From positions 4,092,001 through 4,156,000 of the forward strand of contig CM059433.1 of assembly GCA_030390025.1 (NCBI GenBank): 64,000 bases of DNA, read 5' to 3'. Under the pieces are notes generated by a model that worked only from the letters and a program-made list of their open reading frames with translations, was not told where the DNA came from and did not search any database. Shown piece by piece: positions 38,003 through 48,109 of the stretch. Origin of the DNA: Squalus acanthias. Lineage: Eukaryota. How positions within the stretch are numbered: position 1 is the stretch's first letter; the number at the start of each line of letters is the position of its first letter. The translations under genes and the position numbers were made by a program.

Positions 38003-39700
38003 CTATTCACCCTTGTGCAATCCCTTAGTGCCTCTCGTTACTGTGCCTTTGCCTACTCTAGTGCTCCTACGAAGTGTTGGCCCAGTGGCTGCAGCAGGGC
38101 TGGTGGAAGGCTGCTGAGTGTCCGTGTGGGAGACTTCAGATGGCCTTGCAGGACGCCCTCGACCAGCTCTGGGCCTGGAAGGCCCGGCTGTAGACTGCAC
38201 CACCTCAGCATAGGCGGCAGCAATCTGGGCTGGCTGGATGACAGGCAGCGACAAGGGCAATGGCGAAGTGGCAGTGGTGGGAGCTGGAATGCTGTCATCC
38301 TGAGAGAGGACAGCAGCTTCCAGCTCCACTGACCCACTGCCACTCACCAGGGGCAGCACCTCAGCATCCCTAGCAATATGTTGGAGCACGGATTGCTGGC
38401 CTGCTGCGACACCGTGAAAGCCCCGGTCGACGGTGGTAGACCCAGCCACGATGGCAGCAGTCAGAGCTTGCGTGGCATCAAGCTGAGACTGCATGAGAGC
38501 AGTCTGAGAATCGATGCCTCCAAGCATAGACTGCTTCAATGGAAGCTGCCAGATCGCCCATCACACATGGCATGAGGTCTGGGTCGCCACGGTCTCTCTG
38601 GGTGTCCACCATCCTTTGCAGACTAGAAATGATGGGCTCCATGGTGTGTGCAGATCCTTGTGCAATGTTGGAGGTGGACTCCTCCCCGCTCCTTACCATT
38701 GCCGACAGGCTCTCAGGCACCCTTGCCATTGCACCTATCATCTCCGTGTTCATGCCCATCATCTTTTTCCTAAAGGCCTCCCCATCGAGGTCCTCATCTG
38801 AGTCCTGTGCAGCAGAACTCACGCGCGAACTCGCCCTCCAGGGAGCTGGCCCCCGAGCTACCCTTTCCCCCTGGCCTTGCTGCAGCCCGCTCGTCCCCGG
38901 TGCATCACCCTGTGCAGATCCCGCTACTATCCAACCTCTAAAGAACGCGTAGTGCCAGCATCTGAGCTGGTGCCTGCGGGTGAGACATGCAGTGATGCTG
39001 TGTGTTCTTCCTCCTCCTCTTCTCCCGCCTCGCTCTCAACGATGCCCTCAGGGACAGGCTGCTCAGGTACTTGCTGATTATCTGAAAGCATAAAAGCAGA
39101 AGAGTCGGGTTAAAGTGAGAGGAGGGGGGCAGGAAGGAGAAATGCATGCATACAGCATGATTAGCTGGAAGGTACGAAAGGCTTGTGGGGTGAGGGGGAA
39201 GTGGGATGTGACTAGAAGGAGTAAGGATGAACATAGGGGGTCAACGTCGCCGGTGGCCACGCTGCCCACCACCTGGCACCCAATGATCTCCAGCACTCTA
39301 TTCTCCAGCTCAGACAGTGGTCGGGTGTCGGCTTGTCCCCAGCCTGTGCACTCCTGCTCCCTCCTGGTGTGATCCACCTTGGCCTGCAAGAGAAAGGAAA
39401 GTGTGTGAGTGAGTGTGGAGCAATGTGTTTGGGTGATGTGCCTGCCATAGTTGAATAGCTGTCATTGTGTGCAAGGTGTGAGCTGTGGGTGTGAGTGTTG
39501 GTAAGTAGAGATTGTTGGTGGGTGAGTGCTGGGGGTGTGGTGCTTTGGGCAGTGTGTGCAGACTATGGTTCAGATGGTGGTATGTAGCATTTGTTGAGGC
39601 ATTGACTCACGCTGACCACCTGAGTGAGGTCACTAAATTTCTTCCTCTCCTCTCCTCACCAGACATCTGCACAGCCACATTTTACAGCGGGCATGACTAA
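38003..39700 (-). pseudogene. Harbinger Myb/SANT-like DNA-binding protein gene, spliced and degraded
   Basis: Exon pieces RKKFSDLTQVVS|gtgagt, cag|AKVDHTRREQECTGWG...LSELENRVLEIIG, and a long last exon ending RRSTRVGKG...GE*. Confidence 0.75.
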
Positions 39701-39706
39701 ATATGA

Positions 39707-41101
39707 GGGCAGATTTTAACTCTACTCACTCCGCGGAAACCAGTGGCTGGGCAGTTAAGACCGAGCAAGTTAGTTACCCGCGCAGAAATTGCCCCTTAAC
39801 CTGCAGGGTTCTCCAGGCGGCTGAGTAACCTGCCTAAAGTAGGCCGCAGTCTCATGGATTTAAGCACATCGGGGTCCTCGTACGTCAATATAGCCCCATT
39901 GCATTTTAACCCAGTCCTGAGCGGTGAAGCCACCATGGCTTTCCCACCAAGTGAAAACAGGTCGGCACCTGTTGGGAAGGGCGAAGAGGCCCGAAAGATA
40001 AGTCTAAAACTTTCCTTTGTGGGGCCAGAAGAAGCAGAAGTGCTCCTTCAGGCTCCACAAGGAACATCGCGGCCTCCCCTGCCCAGAACTCCCCTCCGCC
40101 CCCCTCCCTCCTGCAAGACCCCCTCTCCACCCCCTCCCTCCTGCAAGACCCCCTCTCCACCCCCTCCCTCCTGCAAGACCCCCTCTCCACCCCCTCCCTC
40201 CTGCAAGACCCCCTCTCCACCCCCTCCCTCCTGCAAGACCCCCTCTCCGCCCCCTCCCTCCTGCAAGACCCCCTCTCCGTCCCCTCCCTCCTGCAAGACC
40301 CCCTCTCCGCCCCCTCCCTCCTGCAAGACCCCCTCTCCGCCCCCTCCCTCCTGCAAGACCCCCTCTCCGCCCCCTCCCTCCTGCAAGACCCCCTCTCCGC
40401 CCCCTCCCTCCTGCAAGACCCCCTCTCCGCCCCCTCCCTCCTGCAAGACCCCCTCTCCGCCCCCTCCCTCCTGCAAGACCCCCTCTCCGCCCCCTCCCTC
40501 CTGCAAGACCCCCTCTCCGCCCCCTCCCTCCTGCAAGACCCCCTCTCCGCCCCCTCCCTCCTGCAAGACCCCCTCTCCGCCCCCTCCCTCCTGCAAGACC
40601 CCCTCTCCGCCCCCTCCCTCCTGCAAGACCCCCTCTCCGCCCCCTCCCTCCTGCAAGACCCCCTCTCCGCCCCCTCCCTCCTGCAAGACCCCCTCTCCGC
40701 CCCCTCCCTCCTGCAAGACCCCCTCTCCGCCCCCTCCCTCCTGCAAGACCCCCTCTCCGCCCCCTCCCTCCTGCAAGACCCCCTCTCCGCCCCCTCCCTC
40801 CTGCAAGACCCCCTCTCTGCCCCCTCCCTCCTGCAAGACCCCCTCTCCGCCCCCTCCCTCCTGCAAGACCCCCTCCCCGCCCCCTCCCGCCACTCACTGG
40901 GAATTCAATGGGTGGCCAAGAGCCACCAGACCCTCAGCAGCTGCCAATTGCTCTGCGCCTTCCTCCTGCCCGTTCTGGGAGGAGAGTGGACCCAGCGGCA
41001 TTGGGAAACGACCCGGCGGTTAAAATCGGCAAAGGCCTCCTGCTTCCGCCGGCACCCAGATTCCAACACAATCGGCCAGCCCAGCACAAAAATATCAGGG
41101 G
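39707..41101. mobile_element. Harbinger-type MITE carrying a 30-bp minisatellite
   Basis: Ends GGGCAGATTTTAAC...AAAAATATCAGGGG mirror the two end types of the 33751-35004 MITE. Confidence 0.6.
40092..40890. repeat. 30-bp tandem repeat (CCCCTCCCTCCTGCAAGACCCCCTCTCCGC), about 26 near-perfect copies
   Basis: Direct inspection. Confidence 0.97.
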
Positions 41102-41717
41102 ATTTAAAACGTAAGAGAGTTACGCCCCAAACCACTTACGGTTGTGTTTTCCATGATCTTTGACCCTGGTTCAAGATTCAATTGACCTGGATCAGGCCCC
41201 GCCCACAAAACCGACCACGCCCCAGGTCGCCATTGCGAGATTCTGCCGACCGCGCAGCTTCGGAAAGGCTTTTCAAATTGCGCTCGTTTTCTTCGGCGCA
41301 CAGGCACTAGTAGGCATGTTCTAAAAGGTTTTTCATATCAAAAAATATTCAATTTACTAAGAAACTGACTGGTGTACACCAATGAAACTGTTAAATGGTT
41401 CAGTGTATTTCTTTTATGGCATTCTCAGTGATTTAAAATCAGGTTACTCACAGCTGGAGGACTGGACACCCTTATTAAAAATGCTTATTTTTGGTGATAA
41501 TCCCATTTTCAGATGTATTAATAAAACTGCAGCAGGTTACCGCACTTAAACACATCAAGGAATACTTTTTAATGGAAAGAATAAAAAGAAGAAATTGTTA
41601 CCTTCTATTACGCTGCCCGATTGTGCTGATTCATTGAAGATTTTATGTTTGTGATTATGCAAATGATTTTTAGCGGAAACTGTAACCTAAGCAGCGCAAT
41701 TTCAAGCACATTTCGGG

Positions 41718-42170
41718 CACCATCCAGGGCAAAGCAGCCCGCTTGATCGGCACCCCATCCACCACCTTAAACATTCACTCCCTCCACCACCAGCGTACCG
41801 TGGCTGCAGTGTGTACCATCTACAAGATGCACTGCAGCAACTCGCCAAGGCTTCTTTGGCAGCACCTCCCAAACCCGCGATCTCTTCCACCGAGAAGGAC
41901 AAGGGCAGCAGGTGCATGGGAACACCACCACCTCCAAGTTCCCCTCCAAATCACACACCATCCTGACTTAGAAATATATCGGCTGTTCCTTCATCGTCGC
42001 TGGGTCAAAATCCTGGAACTCCCTCCCTAACAGCACTGTGGGAGCACCTTCACCACACGGACTGCAGCAGTTCAAGAAGGTGGCTCACCACCACCTTCTC
42101 AAGGGCAACTAGGGATGGGCAATAAATGCTGGCCTTGCCAGTGACGCCCACATCCCGAGAATGAATAAAA
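41718..42170 (+). mobile_element. LINE 3' end (family of 2547-3442)
   Basis: IGTPSTTLNIHSLHHQRTVAAVCTIYKMHC plus 3' UTR ending GAATGAATAAAAA. Confidence 0.9.
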
Positions 42171-42765
42171 ACACACAATTTCCTGACTACGCCTAAAGCG
42201 GAAACTCTACCCCTGAGCCTTTGCTGGTCTGATTGGCTGAGTACCAGAATGAGTGATGCATCTGCTGACTGAGCCATCCAGGGAGTTGCGGGTAGGGCAT
42301 CTTGAGGAAAAGAGTAAAACTGATTTTAATTTCCAAGAACTAGTTTAGATTAGTCAGGAACCCATAGATAGTAAAAGATTCGAGCTGTGTTTTGCATTAA
42401 CTTACGAAAAAGCAAACCCAGTTTGCAGATGATGAGCATGAGTTCAGCAGACTCCCCGTCAAGACTGGTCGAAGTTCCCTGTCACATTCCATTTCTCATC
42501 TCCCACGGACTGCGGAAGCTCAGTAGCCTCCTGTAGGACAGTTCGGAATAATCGATCTTTTATTTAAATGTTATTTGCAAAGGATTAGGTCAGTCCTTAG
42601 AGTTGCAATCTCTTTACTATTTGATCACTCAAGGAGTTAAGTAGAAGAATGCTTACTGTAGATATATAACTATATTATAGGACTGTTACTTATAATTGCA
42701 ATACTTTTAAACTTAAAAAGAGGCCTGGTGTGATGTTCTGTTTCTTTTGAAGACTTGAGTGAGAT

Positions 42766-43342
42766 TTTTTTTTTTATTCGCTTATGGGATGTGGGTGTCG
42801 CTGGCAAGGCCGGTATTTATTGCCCATCCTTAATTGCCCTCGAGAAGGTGGTGGTGAGCCGCCTTCTTGAACCGCTGCAGTCCGTGTGGTGAAGGTACTC
42901 CTACAGTGCTGTTAGGGAGGGAGTTCCAGGAATTTGACCCAGCGATGATGAAGGAACGGCCGATATATTTCCAAGTCAGGGTGGTGTGTGACTTGGAGGG
43001 GAACTTGGAGGTGGTGGTGTTCCCATGCGCCTGCTGCCCTTGTCCTTCTAGGTTGTAGAGGTCGCGGGTTTGGGAGGTGCTGCCGAAGAAGCCTTGGCGA
43101 GTTGCTACAGTGTATCTTGTAGACGGTACACACTGCAGCCACGGTACGCCGGTGGTGGAGGGAGTGAATGTTTAAGGTGGTGGATGGGGTGCCAATCAAG
43201 CGGCCTGCTTTGTCTTGGATGGTGTCGAGCTTCTTGAGTGTTGTTGGAGCTGCACTCATCCAGGCAAGTGGAGAGTATTCCATCACATTCCTGACTTGTG
43301 CCTTGTAGATGGTGGAAAGGCTTTGGTGAGTCAAGAGGTGAG
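42766..43342 (-). mobile_element. LINE 3' end (family of 2547-3442)
   Basis: ORF 42912-43334 is homologous. Confidence 0.9.
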
Positions 43343-43394
43343 ATCTTATAGAAGCATAAGATAAGACTCATAGCTAAAAGCAATTACTAAAAAG

Positions 43395-43864
43395 ATAAGA
43401 AAGACTTGCATCTATATAGCGCCTTTCATGACCTCAGGACGTTCCAAAGCGCTTTACAGCCAATAAAGTTCTTTTGAAGTGTAGTCACGGTTGTAATGGA
43501 GGGAAACGTGGCAGCCAATTTGCACAAAGTGAGGTTCCACAAACAGCAATGTGATACTGACCAGATAATCTGTTCTATTTTTAGCAATGTTGATTGAGGG
43601 ATAAATATTGGCCCCAGGACACCGGGGATAACTCCCCTGCTCTTCTTCAAAATAGTGGCCGTGGGATTTTTCACATCCACCTGAGAGAGCAGACGGGGCC
43701 TCGGTTTAACGTCTCATCCGAAAGACGGCACCTCCGACAGTGCAGCACTCCCTCAGCACTGCACAGGAGTGTCAGCCTAGATTTTGTGTTCAAGTCTCTC
43801 GAGGGGAACTTGAACCCACAACCTTCTGACACATAGGCAAGAGTGCTACCACTGAGCCACGGCT
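43395..43864 (-). mobile_element. Full-length tRNA-derived DeuSINE (SacSINE1-like)
   Basis: Minus strand: A box TGGCTCAGTGG, B box GGTTCAAGTTCC, Deu core TTTCGGATGAGACGTTAAACCGAGGCCCC, L2-like tail. Confidence 0.9.
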
Positions 43865-45154
43865 AATGCCTAGTTACTTGACTGGGTTTACTGTTTATTT
43901 CCTGGATAGATCCATCAAAAGCTTTCCTAGCTCTCAAGGCAAGGATAGATACTCTCAAAGGTATCGAGAGTTGGGACTTGCCCATGAGAGCCTAAGATAC
44001 AAGAGCTAAAGTAATTTAGGTAAGAATGTTAGAATAGATCCAAAAATATACCATTTCAGAAAACCCCCTAAATTACAGGTGGCGGTTACTTTGTCAGCCA
44101 CTGACCACTAGTGCCATCCTTGTGTTGGAGGTTAGCTATAGGCGCCCTTGCAGCTGATCCAGTCACAGACCTGTTACTGGTTTTTTTAAACAAACATCAA
44201 AAAAAAATCACTGAGGTAGACTACCACACCCTTCCCCTCCCCTCCCAAATAATCCTATCACCACCGTTCAAATCCCTATATGATTACAGGAGAGGATTTA
44301 GCAATTCAGCTCCTTCCAAGTCGTTGAGGATACAGATCGGGCTGTGTAGGAGGACGGTGGTAGGTGACGACACAAGGAAATAAAAATCTGACTGTCATCA
44401 GCAGTTTAAAATTGAAACACTCATTTTAATGCTTTTAGTGTAATACTGCAATGAAAAATCTTAATGCTCAAAGTCATGTCAAGGTCATTGTAAGTACAAT
44501 TCAAATGCCTGAATTAAATGAAAGTTCTTTCTTTCTTTAAACTTATGTAAAAATAAAAGCACACGTAACCTTTTCAATGGACACACGGCGAATAATTGCT
44601 GTGGTTGCTATGTGTGACAACACTGATACCATTCTAGTAAATGCATTTCCAAGGCAGTTACACACAGCGACCAGAGCAGTTCCTTCCCCATCGAGGCCGT
44701 TTTATTGTAATTTCAATATGGGCTTGCGCTTAATGTTCCCTGCTCAGTATCTATCCAGCTCCAAATCAAAAATTCTTATCATTGCTGTCATTCAAACTTC
44801 CAATAAAGGGGATAATGATCAGGGAGATCACAGACGCCAACAGTAAGTCAACATCTGGACAATTCTCTAATTGCGGTTGAGGTCCAGCAGCGGAAGAAAA
44901 TTCCTAAAGAGAGCAAACTGCACCATGATGGTGACACAAATCACAAGTACCATTCATTGAAGCACAAGTAAGGGAACAAATAAGAGCTCCTCTCACACAA
45001 GACCGAAGCATTTGCCATGGAAATATTTACACAGGAAGTAGGCTTTTCCTATGCTCGCTGCAACATTAAGTACTTGATTAAATTTTCATCTTCAGTGCCC
45101 CGGCACAGAGATCACACCGGGAACGCATATCGGGAAACCCACTGACTTTCCATC

Positions 45155-45369
45155 ATTATTTCGATGGGCCGCAATAGCCTCCTTCCGTGCTGTAACTTTC
45201 TGTGATTCTATACTTGGGAGTGCACTTGGGATGCTGTGACCTGCAGGGCTACGGACCAAGAGCTGGGAAGTGGGATTAGGCTGGATAGCTTTTTGTTGGC
45301 CGGCGCGGACACGATGGGCCGAATGGCCTCCTTCCATGCTGTAACTTTCTATGATTCTATGATTCTATG
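45155..45369 (+). mobile_element. Two tandem CR1 3' ends flanked by an 87-bp direct duplication
   Basis: GATGGGCCG...TAACTTTCT(G/A)TGATTCTA occurs twice; duplicated flanks 45068-45154 and 45370-45456. Confidence 0.85.
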
Positions 45370-46302
45370 AAGCACTTGATTAAATTTTCATCTTCATTGC
45401 CCCGGCACAGAGATCACACCAGGAACGCATATCGGGAAACCCACTGACTTTCCATCCACTGTTTCTCCTTCACACCCATACCCCTAATTACAACAACAAC
45501 TTACATTTATATAGCGCAGTTAACATAGCAAAACATCCCACGGCGCTGAACAAGAGCGTTATCAATAAAAACATTTTTGACCCTGAGCCACAGAAGGAGA
45601 TATCAGGACAGATGGCCAAAAGCCTGGTCAAGGAGGTATAGAATCATAGAATCATCGAGATTTACAGCACAGAAGGAGGCCATTCGGCCCATCGTGTCTG
45701 TGCCGGCCGACAAAGAGCTATCCAGCCTAATCCCATATTCCAGCTCTTGGTCCGTAGCCCTGTAGGCTCCGGCATTTCAAATGCATATCCAAGTACTTTT
45801 TAAATGTGGTGAGGGTCTCTGTCTCTACCACCCTTTCAGGCAGTGAGTTCCAGACCCCCACCACCCTCTGGGTGAAAACATTTCTCTTCAACTCCCCTCT
45901 AAACCTCCGACCAATTACTTTAAATCTATGCCCCCTGGTTATTGACCTCTCTGCTAAGGGAAATAGGTCCTTCCTATCCATTCTATCTAGGCCCCTCATA
46001 ATTTCATACACCTCAATTAAGTCTTCCCTCAGCCTCCTCTGTTCCAAAGAAAACAACCCCAGCATATCCAATCTTTCCCCATAACTAAAATTCTCCAGTC
46101 CAGGCAACATCCTCGTAAATCTCCTCTGTACCCTCTCTAGTGCAATCACATCTTTCCTGTAATGTGGTGACCAGAACTGTACTCAGTACTCTAACTGTGG
46201 CCTAACTAGTGTTTTATACAGTTATAGCATAACCTCCCTGCTCTTGTATTCTATTGAGAGGTCGCACAACACCAGGTTATAGTCCAACAGTTTTATTTGA
46301 AA

Positions 46303-46340
46303 TCACAAGCTTTCGGAACTATCGCTCCTTCCTCAGGTGA
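46303..46340 (-). ncRNA. Minimal hammerhead ribozyme
   Basis: Identical to 6721-6758. Confidence 0.75.
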
Positions 46341-46347
46341 AGTGACT

Positions 46348-46385
46348 TCACCTGAGGAAGGAGCGATAGTTCCGAAAGCTTGTGA
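46348..46385 (+). ncRNA. Minimal hammerhead ribozyme
   Basis: Identical to 10705-10742. Confidence 0.75.
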
Positions 46386-47405
46386 TTTCAAATAAAACTG
46401 TTGGACTATAACCTGGTGTTGTGCGACCTCTCAATTTTGTCCACCCCAGTCCAACACCGGCATCTCCGCATCATGACTTGTATTCTATGCCACGGCTAAT
46501 AAAGGCAAGCATTCCGTATGCCTTCTTAACCACCTTATCTACCTGGCCTGCTACCTTCAGGGATCTGTGGACATGCACTCCAAGGTCCCTTTGTTCCTCT
46601 ACACTTCTCAGTATCCTACCATTAATTGTGTATTCCCTTGCCTTGTTACCCCTTCCCAAATGCATTACCTCACACTTCTCCGGATTGAATTCCATTTGCC
46701 ACTGTTCTGCCCACCTGACCAATTTATTGATATCTTCCGACAGTCTACAGCTTCCTTCTTCAACCACATGGCCAATTTTCATAACATCTGCAAACTTCTT
46801 AATCATGCCCCCTACATTGAAGTCTAAATCATTGATATTTTTATAGGTTTTAAGGAGCATCTTAAAGGAGGGAGAGAGAGATAGAGAGGCAGAGAGGTTT
46901 AGGGAGGGAATTCCAGAGCTTAGGGCCCAGGCAGCTGAAGGCACGGCCGCCAGTGGTGGAGCGATTAAAATCGGGGATGCTCAAGAGGCCAGAATTGGAA
47001 GAGCGCAGAGATCTCGAAGGCTTGTAGGGCTGGAAGAGGTTACAGAGATAGGGAGGGGCGAGGCCATGGAGGGATTTAAAAACAGGATGAGGATTTCAAA
47101 AACTGAGGCCTTGTCGGACAGGGAGCCAGTGAAGGTCAGCAAGTACAGGAGTGATGGGTGAACGAGACTTGGAGTGAGTTAAGATACAGGCAGCAGAGTT
47201 TTGGATGAACACAAGTTTATGTAGGATGGAAGATGGAAGGCTGGCCAAGAGAGCACTGGAATAGTCAACTCTAGAGGTAACAAAGGCATGGATGACGGTT
47301 TCAGCAGCAGATGAGCTGAGGAAGGGTCGGAGTTGGGCGATGTTACTGAGGTGGAAGTAGGTGGTCTTGGTGATAGAGCAGATATGTGGTCAGAAGCTCA
47401 TCTCA

Positions 47406-48109
47406 TAGAAACATAGAAGATAGGAGCAGGAGTAGGCCATTCGGCCCCTCGAGCCTGTTCCGCCATTTAATGAGATCATGGCTGATCATCCAAATTCAGT
47501 ACCTTGTGACGTAAGAAAACTACTAGGCACTTGGTCTAAGCGTTAAACAAAGCTTTAATCAACTGTTTTACAACATGGAGGTCTAGTTGTGTCCTTCACT
47601 AGTTCCGGTTAAGAATGTCCTGCGCAAGCTGGGCCCGTGCCCGAGTATTTATACTCTCCCTGGACAGCGCCACCCACAGGCCACTCAGTATTATTTCAAA
47701 AGTCATGAATGACAGATTCATGTCACCCTGTCCCTGCTTTCTCCCCATATCCCTTGATCCCTTTAGCCTTAAGAAATATATCTAACTCCTTCTTGAATAT
47801 ATTTAATGAATTGGCCTCAACTGCCTTCTGTGGTAGAGAATTCCACAGGTTCACCACTCTCTGGGTGAAGAAATTCCTCCTCATCTCAGTCCTAAATGGC
47901 TTACCCCTTATCCTTAGACTGTGACCCCTGGTTCTGGACTCCCCCGCCATCGGGAACATCCTTCCTGCATCTAGTCTGTCTAGTCCTGTTAGAATTTTAT
48001 AAGTTTCAATGAGATCCCCTCTCATTCTTCTAAACTCTAGCGAATACAAGCCCAGTTGACCCAATCTCTCTTCATACGTTATTCCTGCCATCCCAGGTAT
48101 CAGTCTGGT
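47406..48109 (-). mobile_element. CR1 3' fragment, ATCTCA TSD
   Basis: ORF 47723-48127; ATCTCA at both junctions with the host L2. Confidence 0.9.
47507..47725 (-). mobile_element. 219-bp solo LTR
   Basis: TGACGT...ATGTCA ends, 5-bp TSD CCTTG/CCCTG, minus-strand TATAAA followed by ATTAAA. Confidence 0.75.

Larger units (their letters stand above)
36300..41720. mobile_element. PIF/Harbinger DNA transposon (defective, two convergent genes)
   Basis: Starts GGGGGAAATTCAG; transposase on +, Myb/SANT-like gene on -; the right boundary is tentative. Confidence 0.75.
46255..46476. mobile_element. 222-bp palindromic mini-Penelope
   Basis: Perfect 91-bp arms (46253-46343 and 46345-46435) around one G, plus a 41-nt tail; 12-bp TSD CTTGTATTCTAT. 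Confidence 0.95.
45638..46843 (-). mobile_element. CR1 3' fragment
   Basis: ORFs 46471-46944 and 45727-46149 encode the CR1 RT C-terminus. Confidence 0.9.

Noticed and set aside
39854..41114. [15 protein letters not shown] protein
   Set aside because: It is a 30-bp minisatellite inside a MITE and is open in multiple frames.
43795..43864. tRNA gene
   Set aside because: The A and B boxes belong to the tRNA-derived head of a DeuSINE; there is no complete cloverleaf.
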